DNA from: Tetramitus jugosus
Taxonomy: Eukaryota > Protista > Heterolobosea
Assembly: GCA_937625935.1 (NCBI GenBank)
Contig: OW569362.1
Span: 434,001-498,000, forward strand
Length of the DNA: 64,000 nt
Reading direction: 5' to 3'
The notes below the pieces were generated by a model. It worked only from the letters and a program-made list of their open reading frames with translations. It ran no database searches and had not been told where the DNA came from. This document shows, in pieces, positions 22,092 through 34,243 of this stretch (position 1 is its first letter; the number at the start of each line of letters is the position of its first letter). The position numbers and the translations under genes are program-made.

Positions 22092-22474
22092 ACGACTTTT
22101 CTCTGATGTCTGTGGTGGTCACATGCAATAAAACTCATCGTTACTATCGATCAAGCATTCAATAATCAACATGTGCAATGATGGTGGTTCAAAATATTGA
22201 AGGGTATGAGTGAGAAGAGAGTGAATCAAGGTGTGAACCTTCCCCCCATAGCAATACTCTTTCCTCTGCAGTTAGAACAACGAAGTAAAATGGATTAGAT
22301 CTGTAAGGCTCATATCTTCCAGTATTTCTCATGCCATCGACCCAAATTTGGAAGAATTGTTTGTTCGAAGAAGAGGCAACTGTAGTCCAAGAAGAATTTG
22401 ACCGCCGATAATTTATTGGTTATCTTCTAATCGTTCAAGTCATTCTTGGTCCAGGAAGTAATAGATTCGAAATC

Positions 22475-23881
22475 ATGAACACAATAATCACCTCTAAACA
22501 GTTTCTATCCCGCTCTCTGAAAGCATTGCGTCATATTGGTAGCCCTACTTACAAAGCACAAAACAATTCTTCGGTTCTCTCACCAAGGCCTCAATTCGTA
22601 CAACATCTACAACAGTTCGTCCCATCAGGTGCTCAAAGAACAGGAAATGAAATTATGAACACGATTGATCATCTGGCACCAGAATCAGAGCAAAAATTAG
22701 CGAAAGTGTATCGTAGTGTTAGTCATACACAAATGTACGACACCCTGTCAGTTATTTCAAATGAACTTGACATGGACCTCTACAAGGGAAAGGTCGGCAT
22801 AGCTAGTGGCACTTTAGTAGGACGGCGTGGAATTGGAATGACAACAACTCTAAAGAACTTTATGAACGTTACGCCTATCGTGTTTCCAACAATTATTCCA
22901 ATCTATATCAATTATGGCGACGTCTTAACCAACAAGTATCTGTGGAGAAGATCTATACTGCAAATTGTTGCTGATGAACTCTCTAGTCATGATGTACGAG
23001 TTGCAGGCCACAAGGGTGATGTCTTCAATCAACTAAAAGCTGCTCTTAGAAAGGCAAACAAACACGTGCTGTTGATAGTCGATGAGATAGACAAACTATA
23101 CGAAGTGAATCCTCAGCAATGCAATTGGTTTAATACATTGACTGCATCACTGGGTGAACTTGCTCTTTTGGGAGACGACAATAGTGGTTGTTTTGCAGCG
23201 ATCTTATGTGGATCATCTTCACGTTTTTCCTTGCTTGTCACCGCAAATGGAAAGAAAGATTGTGGATGTATTCAAGATTTTCCCTTGGTTGAGATTGCTC
23301 CCAACCTTAATAGCAGCAAATTTCGCACTCGCCGGATCTATTCCCCAAGTCCAACAGATCTGCTTACAGTATCAAGCATTCTATATGATGGAGCTCCAGT
23401 AACAAAGGACAATATACGAACGGTACGCGCTGTCACATTCATTACTGGAGGTGTTGTCCGTGAGATTCAAAGGCTTCTTGCTCTCGAAATGGATTCTGCT
23501 TTCTTTGAACTATTCCGACATGCTGAATCTAACACACAAGCAAGTCAAACATTGTCCACTCCTGCTGTTGATCTTTGTAGACTATTATTTGAACTTATGT
23601 ACAAGAAGAACGAGTCTCTGATGACAGATTTGAAAAACACTGACGGGACTATTAGTATGGACAAGGTGATGCGTGTAAACTGGGAAGAAAGATATCAACC
23701 TATTAAATTCGCTGAGATTCGAACATTGTGGAATGGGTCAGACGTACAGTGTGGAAGTCTCGAACATTGGCTCTATCATCTTGCTGACAACGATTGTATT
23801 TCAATTGATGGAATCCGAGATAATCGTCCTGATAAAATACATCCTTCCTCGATGTTTATGCTCGCTTGTTATCAAGTCTAG
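22475..23881 (+). CDS. P-loop NTPase (STAND/Crinkler-type-like) with a degenerate Walker A
   Basis: GTLVGRRGIGMTTT (Walker A with K>M), IPIYINY, LLIVDEIDKLY (Walker B), ILCGSS (sensor), ITGGVVREI. Intronless and without host-type low-complexity tracts. Confidence 0.75.
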   Translation: MNTIITSKQFLSRSLKALRHIGSPTYKAQNNSSVLSPRPQFVQHLQQFVPSGAQRTGNEIMNTIDHLAPESEQKLAKVYRSVSHTQMYDTLSVISNELDMDLYKGKVGIASGTLVGRRGIGMTTTLKNFMNVTPIVFPTIIPIYINYGDVLTNKYLWRRSILQIVADELSSHDVRVAGHKGDVFNQLKAALRKANKHVLLIVDEIDKLYEVNPQQCNWFNTLTASLGELALLGDDNSGCFAAILCGSSSRFSLLVTANGKKDCGCIQDFPLVEIAPNLNSSKFRTRRIYSPSPTDLLTVSSILYDGAPVTKDNIRTVRAVTFITGGVVREIQRLLALEMDSAFFELFRHAESNTQASQTLSTPAVDLCRLLFELMYKKNESLMTDLKNTDGTISMDKVMRVNWEERYQPIKFAEIRTLWNGSDVQCGSLEHWLYHLADNDCISIDGIRDNRPDKIHPSSMFMLACYQV

Positions 23882-24616
23882 GACCTTTAGGAACTGTGGC
23901 AATTACCTCCACCTAACAAACTAACGCAAGTAAAACCATGGATCAACCAGTTTTCTTTAATGACCTTAGAATTGGTGGTCTACTTGCCATTCACAATGAT
24001 GACGGATCAACACAAGAAGTTTCACTGGATCACCTGTGGAAATTGCTGTACCCTCGTACAACAGATGCACCACAAATCAACGTTACAGTAGCTCAAACCT
24101 TGGAACAGTATGGGTGTCACCATACCACCGATTCTAAAGACTGTGGTGAGCCTCCCAACAAACAACAATTTCTTTGCCCCATGTACCTCCAGATACAGTA
24201 CGACATTGGCCTTTGGTCCAACCAAATGTTGTTTCATCCATTCCTAATGTGACACACATGGTTCGATTCCTCAATGACAATCAATAATGAGAAAATTCAA
24301 TAAATCATCATTTGTAACAACATGGCCGTACATTTTGAGCTATCATCACACAACCTATTCTAAATACATTGTTCAGTCGTTCCACTAGAGGGAGTGAGAT
24401 CGATGTGAATACAACAAACCCATAATCGTAAACAACCAGCGGGTTATCCAGAATTTCAGTGTTCCAAGGCTCACCATTTGGAACCTGAAAAATTACAACA
24501 TTAGAATTTCTCCTCCAGGGACTATTTTTCCCACACAAACTTTTCTGGAGGTTCGTTCGCAAAAAAAAAAGCAGCAAAACACGCACACATCTCCCACGAC
24601 ATTTTATATAGCATAA

Positions 24617-25338
<722 letters not shown>

Positions 25339-25995
25339 ACTCTGTTGCCATCCGATTCCATCAAAAGCGCACGCACAATCACCGACCATTATTGCTGAAT
25401 GACAACACTGCAATGACAATGATCCAAACAAGTATCGAGTTTGACAGATTTTGGGAGCAGAGATGTGCCATGACAGGATGTCAACAGTACTGTCAGAGCA
25501 CGAACCAATGTAGACAACTGTTGTGTGATGTCATCTCGAATCCTCAATTGTTTTTTTCTGTCTCCTTGTGATGATGATTTATGTCGCGTGTTGTGCTCGT
25601 CAGTTCGGTAGTTGTGGATGTGAATGTGTGTGCGTTTGTGTGTGTTCATGTATCAGATGCGGGAGGCGATCTCTCTTTCATCTATCATTGCACAGTTGAT
25701 GACCGCGATATTGGAAGGGAGAGATGAAGAATTCAGGGAGTCACTCTCCTTCGCTCTCTCGCAGTGTCCGTGTATATAAATCATTCCTTGTTCTTCAAAC
25801 CTCAATGATTTTTAGCTCTTCCTTCAAAACAGATTACGATCCCATAACGCCGATTTCGTTTTTCGTAGAGCTCACTGCGAACGGAAAATTTTTGTTCCTT
25901 TTCGGCATGGAAAAAAACTCTTGCCACGACACAACACAGATCAAAGACACTTGTCTCTCAATCTACAACAACATCAACAACATTTGATATATAGC

Positions 25996-27857
25996 ATGTC
26001 TCTGCCAACAATCACCCCACTCTATACACTCTTCTCAGTTGCTCTGTCTCTCGGCACTGTCCTATACACTTATCAAAGCAAAAGTTGGGAGAATTTTATT
26101 ATTGCTCTCTCGTCCAAAATATCCATCATTGTTTGTATCAAATAACGTGTGTGTGTTTGTTTGTTTATTTTGTCAGTTCGATCATCCATTTTGCTTACGC
26201 TGTCTGCTTGTGTGATCATGTGTGTATTTGATTGTATATTGCCTGTGTGAAATAATAATGGATATGTTTCACATAGATTCATATCAATGCAGTTTATGTA
26301 TTATTGTTCTTTGTAGGACGGATTGTCATGGTCTATTTCATTGGAAAGCTCCGAAAGAAGGAGTTCAAGGTATGTCTAGCCTTCTGTTGTTGGTTGTTGT
26401 TTGTTGTTTGTTGATGATCATGATTCAATTGAATTTGTAAAATGATGACGATGATTAACACTTGATCTGTGTTATCTGTGATTGTTGATCATGTGTGTGG
26501 ATAAACATTGCACTCAAATTATATGCATGTCAATTTGAATAGCAATTTCAAGAGAAAATGGTAGAATACAGTGGTTTGAATCTCGTGTTTGTGTTCTATG
26601 TGTTGAATATGGACATGTTTGGTACGATACTGTGGATTACGTGGTTCACTGTCCTTGGATTCTTCAAAGTGTACACTGTTGTTGCGAGAGAACGGTCGCG
26701 GTACTACATGACTGCCCCTGCCATTGACAATATCCAAACGAAACATGGTCGATTGATTAGCTTGTTGCTTGTGATTGTGATTTGTAATGTAGTTCTTGTG
26801 CTTTTCAGTGCTCTCGTACTAGGATTTTCGAACATAGGAATGCTTTTGTTCATGATTTATGAGAGCTGGATTATTTTGTTGGAGTCGACACAGACCATTT
26901 TGAAGTTTAAAATGTTTTTGGACGAGTTTTATCATTTGAAAGCTTGGGAGGGACGTGAAGAGATTGGATATCAATTAGGTGAGTATATGATGAGACACGC
27001 GATGATTACGACTTGTGTGAAGGAGGAGATTTAAGTTACTAACGCTATTATATTCTTCATATGTGTGTGCACAACTGCATTGACTATTATTACTGTTAGA
27101 TTTTCTGTTGGAGATTGTACGATTGAGCTCTTTGATTGCACACTACTTCCACATTTGGATGGTGGATGATTATTCGTTCTCTGCAATTGACATTGCCATG
27201 TTTGTATTTGCAAAGTCGGCACTTTCAGAACTCTGGGTTCACATCCAGCGATTCAATGAATACATGGAAGCTACGCACTTGATCAATAAGTATTCGTGTG
27301 CCACAGAGGAAGAGTTACATGGAATCGAATGTATCATTTGCTACGAACCAATGACTGTTAGTACGTCCAAAAAGCTCGGCTGTAATCATATTTTCCACGT
27401 ATCCTGTATCAAAAAGTGGATGCAAAAAGCGTTCAATTGCCCTGTGTGTAGACATCCTCTAGTAGAGTCACACAAACACTTGAAACCCTCCCAAGAACAA
27501 CAGGACAGTACACCATCGAGCACTGAGTCGACCCAGCAGGCATCTACTGCTTCTGTGCAAGTCAATCCTAATGAAGAGGTGGCTCCAGTCGAACACACTG
27601 TACAGTCCACGGACAGTGGTGACAACACTGAAACATTACCCTCGACTGAAGCAGCCGAAACTACCAGTCAACCTGAGCTAAGACAAGATCCAACTGTCTA
27701 CCGAATTGATCAAACGACTAATCCATGGATGAAGTGGTTGCCCTTCTCTGTTGAGCTAGAGGAGTGGCCTTCGGCATCCAACAATGAGCAAGAACAAGAA
27801 ACCACCCTCCGGAATAGATCTCAATCACAACAGCAACCCACAACTCCCTCTCAGTAA
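25996..27857 (+). CDS. HRD1/AMFR(gp78)-family membrane RING-H2 E3 ligase; exons 25996-26130, 26277-26369, 26543-26978, 27100-27857
   Basis: Spliced transmembrane region (FIGKLRKKEF, WFTVLGFFKV..VARER, WEGR) plus RING-H2 CIIC...LGCNHIFHVSCIKKW...CPVC; splice phases are consistent. Confidence 0.88.
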
Positions 27858-27935
27858 ATATGTAGCTCACTTTAGTCGTCGGACAATTGCGCAAATTGCC
27901 GTTCCAACTTACGACAAGTTTCAAGAAAGCATCAA

Positions 27936-30004
27936 ATGCATATTCACAAGAGTGGCAACGGCAACAACGCCACATGCAGCAATGACAATGATGAAGATGA
28001 TTATCATTGCAAATATTGCTCTAATTTATTTCATGAACCTATCCTGTTACACTGTGGTCACAGTGTCTGCAAGCGGTGTGCCATCGAGCTCTTTTCTCTT
28101 CAACAACTCAAGAGATGCCTCAAATTATCAAATCGTGCCAAACAAACTGTATGTATTCACTATTCAAAAAGGAAACATTCAATCCTGTTGTGCATCATGG
28201 AATGTCATTTCTCTCTGTTCTTTGGTTAGTGATGTGAACGAACTGAATTCTTATAAAAATTCATTGCCTCCAGGACATGTTAGATAAGGGGGAAGATACA
28301 AAGGTTGATGATAGTCCAACGGTGTCTATCATATGTCCTGTGTGCTTCAAGCAAACACTTGTGGACAAGAACTTGGGTGTTGGAATGTTAAAGCAAAACT
28401 TTGATCTGAGAGATGCGATACAGCACTTGAGTCAGAAGAAATGTGGCAATGAGTGTGGTAGAGATGCAACGATTGGCTGTAAAGAGTGTCAAACACTGTT
28501 TTGTGACGAATGTAGAGCACTTGCGCATAAAATGCCATTTATGAGGAATCACATATCCATTCCTCTTGAGCAGCTCGAGCAAAATCAAGCCAGGACTTGT
28601 TCCACACACAATATTGAATCAAACGTATTTTGTATAACCTGTGGATCATTGGCTTGCCTGATGTGCTACAGCTTCGGGGATCATAAGTTGCATGAATGCC
28701 TGCCACTGCACGAGTATGTTGCTAAATGTAAGCAAGAGATTCAAGACATGAGTAGTAGTATCGATCATATAAGTGTCCGTGCGTCCTCGGCAATCGAAGA
28801 AGTGAAGCAAGAGATTGAATCTATTGACCAGGTAAGGGAACAAAACAATTTGGTCATTAATGAAGAATTCGATAACTTGTTGGAGAAGGTGAATGAGAGA
28901 CGAATTCAACTTGTGGCACTTAATCAAAGTGTTTATGAAACAAAGAATAGTTCCCTTCAACAGCAGTTGCGTGCTCTTCAAGTCATCCATCAAAAGACAG
29001 TTGATATTGTGTCAACCCCTATCACAACCAAGAATCCTATGAGTCTCTCAAACACCAAACAAAAGATTTCTGTCATAATATCTGAATTGAACAATGACGT
29101 GATCTTCAAGCCCTGTTACAACTCAAAACTCCATATGAGTATTGATATCAACAATATTGCATATGATATCCTACAACTGGGAAGGATTAGCAGTACAGCC
29201 AATTGCCCCGATCGCCCTTTACCTCCAACAGTACAATTCAAGAATGGTAGTCTCTGTATCGAATATACGGAAGCAGCTGATAATGGATCTCCAATCACTG
29301 AGTATGTTCTCTATGGTAGAAAGAATGGAGAGCCATTTGATGTGCTATACAATGGTATGAACATGTCCTATCATCTGAATAAGTTGGTTCGAGCGAAATA
29401 TGAATTCAAGGTTTCCGCCAAGAATAGCGTAGGTGAAGGGCCTCACAGCAGCATTGTCTCTTTCGAAACAAAACTGACTCAATTCAATTATGTTTCAGAT
29501 TTTGATGAAAATGGTCTGCTTTATTGGATTGGTACAAGTGGAAAAACTAAAGAATACTCTAATCCTGCATTTGATGGCAAGGTTGAAGTCAGTCGTTCAT
29601 CTAATGATCCTTCAGGAAAGGATGACGTCAGGCACGCTGCCGGTAGAGACACCAGAAGATGTCTGACAAATAATAGACCTGGTCAATGGTTTATGTTCGA
29701 TTTGAAAGATTACTCAATCGCTCCTTCTTATTATTCAATACAGAATTGGGAGACTGGAAGTCATACTCTTCGGAATTGGGAGCTTCAGGCTTCCAACGAT
29801 ACTCAACATTGGCAAACTATCAAAGCACATGAAAACGATACGTCATTGAAGGAACGGAAGGGCGCTACAGCATCGTGGCCCGTTGGACCCGTTGACAATG
29901 CTTTCCGCTACTTTAGAATCTATCAAACAGGAAAGAATTCCTCAGGAAACCACTACCTGATGCTCTCTGGATTTGAAGTATATGGCACTGTATTTGATCG
30001 ATAA
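27936..30004 (+). CDS. TRIM-like protein: RING, two B-boxes, coiled coil, FN3, discoidin/F5-8C-like domain; intron 28149-28273
   Basis: CKYC...LHCGHSVCKRC...CPVC; CGNEC...CKEC...FCDEC...H; CSTH...FCITC...CLMC...HKLH; FN3 DNGSPITEY...YEFKVSAKNSVGEG; FDENGLLYWIG...LRNWELQASND...FRYFRI...LSGFEVYG. Confidence 0.88.
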
Positions 30005-30043
30005 CTGCAATAAATATCGTCTCTTTTATTTCATCTCACATCA

Positions 30044-33037
30044 TTAGAATGTTAAAAAGTTGAACAGAGAGTTCGAATCTATGTTATCTGCTGCGTCCTC
30101 CACCAGCTTGTCTACAGATAACTTTTGATTGTATTCATCAATTTCTGTCGATGGACTTGAACTCCGTTCGTCTTCCATATGATCTAATAAAGAAATTGGG
30201 TGATCGTCTCTCATTTCCGAATCTAACAAGAAATGGCTGGATGCTGAATCATGCATGACATCATCAAAATAGTCGAAGTTGTCATTATCATCTCCACTAT
30301 TCAGTATGTCGTCATTATGATGATCGTTATCTACATCGACTTCATCACTTGTATCCCTGTTGGTACTTGGTTGTATCAGATCAGTAATGTCGCCTGACAT
30401 TGTTATGCTGGAGTTGGAGATGGTTTGGTGATGTCCGTTGTCAAACGAGGAAACACCCTGTGTGTTTGACATTTCAGATAATGGACGATGCAATGGATGG
30501 TGATTGAATGATCCTGTGAATCCAGCGTTGGCGGTTGGATTGGCATTTGCTGGGGAATACATGTCCATTCCAGAGTGCATCATTTGTGGAGCATAATAGG
30601 AGGTACCAGTGGTCGAATCGTAATAAATTTGCGATGGAGATGAACCAAGGTAGTGATGATGTGCTGCGGAGGCAGATGAATTGACAAGCGCTGCCGTCAT
30701 GCCATATCGAGATGTTGACATTCCCAATTCATCCGATGTTGGTGAACCAACAAGCACTTGCTGTTGTTGTTGAATGTTGTCGCTCAATGAAGAGGTTGAT
30801 TGAGGTGATATTCCTCTGGTTGGCAAAACACCTGATGCAGCTCTCTTTCGACTCCTCGTAGTAGCAGATGTAACAAATGAGTTCTTTCTCTTGGTTAAGA
30901 GACTGCTGGGCGACGAAGGTGAAGAGGACAGCGAGATGGAAGGAGATGGAGTCGACATGGACAAGCTTCTGGCAGTGCGCTGAAGTGACGATGGAATGGC
31001 AATTGCACCAGGAATCACTCTTCGACCAGCGACATTGAGACTACTACTACCATTGCTTCCATTGATCAAGCTCTGTGATTGCTGCTGTTGTGATTGAGAT
31101 TGCAGCTCTGCAGAATCACTGACCATGGATGCAGAGTTGGAACCACCAAGCAAATGAGTAATGTTGTGACTGGTTGGACTGGCGGTCGATGGACTCGTGA
31201 CAGCAGTACCTCCCGTCATCACAGCACTAGTAGGAGAATTGGCACTCATGAGCAGAGAATTAATGGGAGAGGAGGCACCACTGCTGCCACTCACATTTGC
31301 AACACCATCCTTCTCCTTCTTTTCCTTTCTCTTTGTCCTGAGACGAGTGTTTGAGAACCAATTGTTCAGCTGAATCATCGTAAGGCCAGTTAAGCTACTC
31401 AAATGCTCCTTTTGAGTCTGAGATGGATATGGATAAGCTCTGTGTTCATCATACCACTGATTCAAGATGGCTGTAATGTGCTTTGGATAACCCTTTCTCT
31501 TCTTTGATATCTTTGCTTGTTGCAGCGTTGTCTCCGTGTATTGAGACTTTAGCTTTTGTAGAATTTCTTGGTCGGACTGGTCGCTCACTCCGCTGTTGTT
31601 GGCGCCATTATTATTCACCGCATTGTATGCATTGTAATCGACCATGGCGGAAGAGGACGAAGGGGAAAAGCTACGAGGAGAGGAGGAAGTAGGTGATGCT
31701 CCATTGTTATTCAACCGCTGTTGGTGTTGTTGCTGTTGTTGTTGCTGAGCAAGCAAAGCATTGGAATGATGATGAGCATCAAACAACGATCCATGCACGT
31801 GAGTTGAATTGACAACTCCAGCGCTACTGAAACCACTGTTGGGTGTGGATGGTGAATTGAGAGTCATATCATTAAAGTCAACGACGAGTGGAGTCGATGG
31901 AGAAGAACTCAGCTGATGATACAAGCTGTGTTGCGTCTGAAGACTACCACTGTTGAAAGCAAATGGGTTACGAGCTTGAACACTTGTTATTCCATTGCTG
32001 TTGCTATTGCTGTTGTTGCTAAAGCTATTGACAGCTGTAGCTGCAGAGACTGGAAGTGGAGAGGATGAGAGAACAGTATGCTGCAACTGAGAAGCTGAAG
32101 AACGAATAGGAATGCCGTTAGTTGATGATGAACTGACAGTAGCTTCATCCTCAACTTTTGTAGTAGGTGATACAGTTGTGGTATTTGTATGAGTGGTGGT
32201 AGTTGAAGATGGAGTAGTAGTGGCAGCTTGATTGCTTGGTGAAGCAACCGTTGCAATATTCACTTGTTCGGATTGTGCTGATGTACGATCTGCTGCTGTT
32301 GGTGCTGACTGTTGTTGTTGTTGTTCAGTCTTGATAACTGAATAGAAACCCATATTGTTGTTGTTGTTGTTAGTGGTAGCATTCAAGAGTTGACTCTGTA
32401 GTGTTTGGAACGAATCATCAAACGTGTGATTCAACATTTGAATCTCTTGTCGCTGTATCGTGTTGAGACATGACATTTTGACTAGAAGTTCCATGACACT
32501 TCCACCAGCAGTAGCAGCAGCATTGCTGTTATGATTGTTCATATTAGTAGTAGTAGTAGTAGTATTAAAATTGTTGTTATTGTGTTGTTCAACAGCACAA
32601 TTGTTGTTGCTATTGTTGACATAAATGTTGTTCAAAATGGAGTGTGGTTCCATGTCAACAATGGGCGTCGTAATGGCCGTTGTACTCGTACTGTTGTGAT
32701 GACTGTTGAGAACAACATGAGAGGGCACAGTGGATGCGCATGCAGTGTACACGAGAATGTTTGGCGTGTTCACAGGAGAATGACGATTGTTTGTGGAAGT
32801 AGTGATGGTAGAGGTGGTCGTAGTAGTAGTCATAGTGGTGGAAGTGGAAGTGGTAGAGGAGGTTGTCGTGTTGGTGGGTGATGATGCGCTAGTGCTGCTG
32901 CTTCCAACAGTGGATGAAGGTCCTGTGGAAGTGGAGGAATTACTTGTTGTTGCTTGTTTGTTGTTATCAACATTGTTATCGCTCATCATGGATGGTTGTG
33001 CTTGAATCGATGTGGATTCCGTTTTGATTAACATCAT
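30044..33037 (-). CDS. TALE-class homeodomain transcription factor
   Basis: KRKGYPKHITAILNQWYDEHRAYPYPSQTQKEHLSSLTGLTMIQLNNWFSNTRLR (PYP loop, WFxN) at ~31330-31505, within long S/T/N/Q tracts. Confidence 0.92.
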   Translation of the reverse strand: MMLIKTESTSIQAQPSMMSDNNVDNNKQATTSNSSTSTGPSSTVGSSSTSASSPTNTTTSSTTSTSTTMTTTTTTSTITTSTNNRHSPVNTPNILVYTACASTVPSHVVLNSHHNSTSTTAITTPIVDMEPHSILNNIYVNNSNNNCAVEQHNNNNFNTTTTTTNMNNHNSNAAATAGGSVMELLVKMSCLNTIQRQEIQMLNHTFDDSFQTLQSQLLNATTNNNNNNMGFYSVIKTEQQQQQSAPTAADRTSAQSEQVNIATVASPSNQAATTTPSSTTTTHTNTTTVSPTTKVEDEATVSSSSTNGIPIRSSASQLQHTVLSSSPLPVSAATAVNSFSNNSNSNSNGITSVQARNPFAFNSGSLQTQHSLYHQLSSSPSTPLVVDFNDMTLNSPSTPNSGFSSAGVVNSTHVHGSLFDAHHHSNALLAQQQQQQQHQQRLNNNGASPTSSSPRSFSPSSSSAMVDYNAYNAVNNNGANNSGVSDQSDQEILQKLKSQYTETTLQQAKISKKRKGYPKHITAILNQWYDEHRAYPYPSQTQKEHLSSLTGLTMIQLNNWFSNTRLRTKRKEKKEKDGVANVSGSSGASSPINSLLMSANSPTSAVMTGGTAVTSPSTASPTSHNITHLLGGSNSASMVSDSAELQSQSQQQQSQSLINGSNGSSSLNVAGRRVIPGAIAIPSSLQRTARSLSMSTPSPSISLSSSPSSPSSLLTKRKNSFVTSATTRSRKRAASGVLPTRGISPQSTSSLSDNIQQQQQVLVGSPTSDELGMSTSRYGMTAALVNSSASAAHHHYLGSSPSQIYYDSTTGTSYYAPQMMHSGMDMYSPANANPTANAGFTGSFNHHPLHRPLSEMSNTQGVSSFDNGHHQTISNSSITMSGDITDLIQPSTNRDTSDEVDVDNDHHNDDILNSGDDNDNFDYFDDVMHDSASSHFLLDSEMRDDHPISLLDHMEDERSSSPSTEIDEYNQKLSVDKLVEDAADNIDSNSLFNFLTF

Positions 33038-34243
33038 TTGCTTTTGCTTTTGTTGTTTCCTTTGAGAAAATAATGTTGTTGCTGTTGTTGGGTCGAATCC
33101 AAGTGAACAGACAATTGTTTCCTTGCTCTTGTTGTTGCTGTTGCTGTTCCGTTTTGATATCTCAGAGAGTACTGGCTGGCTACGCGAGTGAGAGATTGTG
33201 TGTGAGTTGAAGAATACTTTGAAGTGAAAATTTGGGTGGAACGCTCACTCTAAGAAATGGTCTAAACCCGTGGTTGGTTGTTTGTTTTTGTAGTTGTTTG
33301 TTTGTTTCTGGCAAATTCACCTTTGTGGGTATCTGGTGGGTGCGACTGTGGTTCGAACGAATCTCTGCCTTTGGAATTGCTCTTGATTGGCTTTGTGTGC
33401 GTGCAAGGAATTCGTGTGAGTGGAAATTGTTTCTCCCTTGGGGGCTGCGCAGTTATTGAAAGAAGGTGGATAGGCACAGAGTAAGCTCTTGAGTAGTTGG
33501 TGGAAATCAATTTGTTTTTGAAGGGCTTGAGTGCAGCCAAAAGCAACACTCTTGAAGAACAATCGTATCCAACGTTTAGTAGATTGAGCGCTGCCGATGA
33601 ATAAACTGAAAGGTGGTGCGAGGTCGTAGCGTCCGGCAGTTTTTTATCATAGTACCCCATAAATGGGACGTCGTCTATAAAAAATCTGACGTTTCTTGAC
33701 AGGTTCATCCTATATATGGACGCAGAATTTTGTAAAATGATTCCTTGTTCCTTGTTTGTTATAGAATACCCCTTGGTGAGAAATGTGTGCACACAACTGC
33801 CCGGCCCAAGAAGAGAACACTTCTCTCGTTGCAACGAAAGAGACCAGTGTTGGTCGAATCCTTCTGGCAGTGCGAATTTTTCGGGGGCCATTCAACCAAG
33901 GGCCCTCTTGGATTTTTGAGTCAACCACGCTCCATTTCTCCTAATGCGTTTTCTGATTTTCGTTCTTTGTTGAAACTTCAAGTACATATTAAACTCCGAA
34001 AGGAAGTGGAACCAACAGAGAAGCGTCAAGGAACGTCAGTAAACTTCAAGGTTTCTCCTGACGTTCTGATCAGTAATGTTTCAAGGGCTAGTCGTTTATT
34101 GAGCTTGTTCGTGCATTATTGCCTGTATGCCCCATCTGGAAATATCCAAGTATTACTGAGATTTTTGTTGCATTCTGCCAGTTTCATGTGACGTCAGTTT
34201 ATTATCAACGATATGAGCTCCTTTATCTCTGAAAGCTAAACTC

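Noticed and set aside
27854-27875. 22-nt GT...AG mini-intron that would remove the HRD1-like stop codon
   Set aside because: Splicing would enter a frame different from the TRIM frame, and the other introns here are at least ~60 nt.
33262-33891. 209-aa minus-strand ORF upstream of the homeobox gene
   Set aside because: No domain, atypical composition, and it overlaps the probable promoter or 5' UTR; cannot be supported as a gene.
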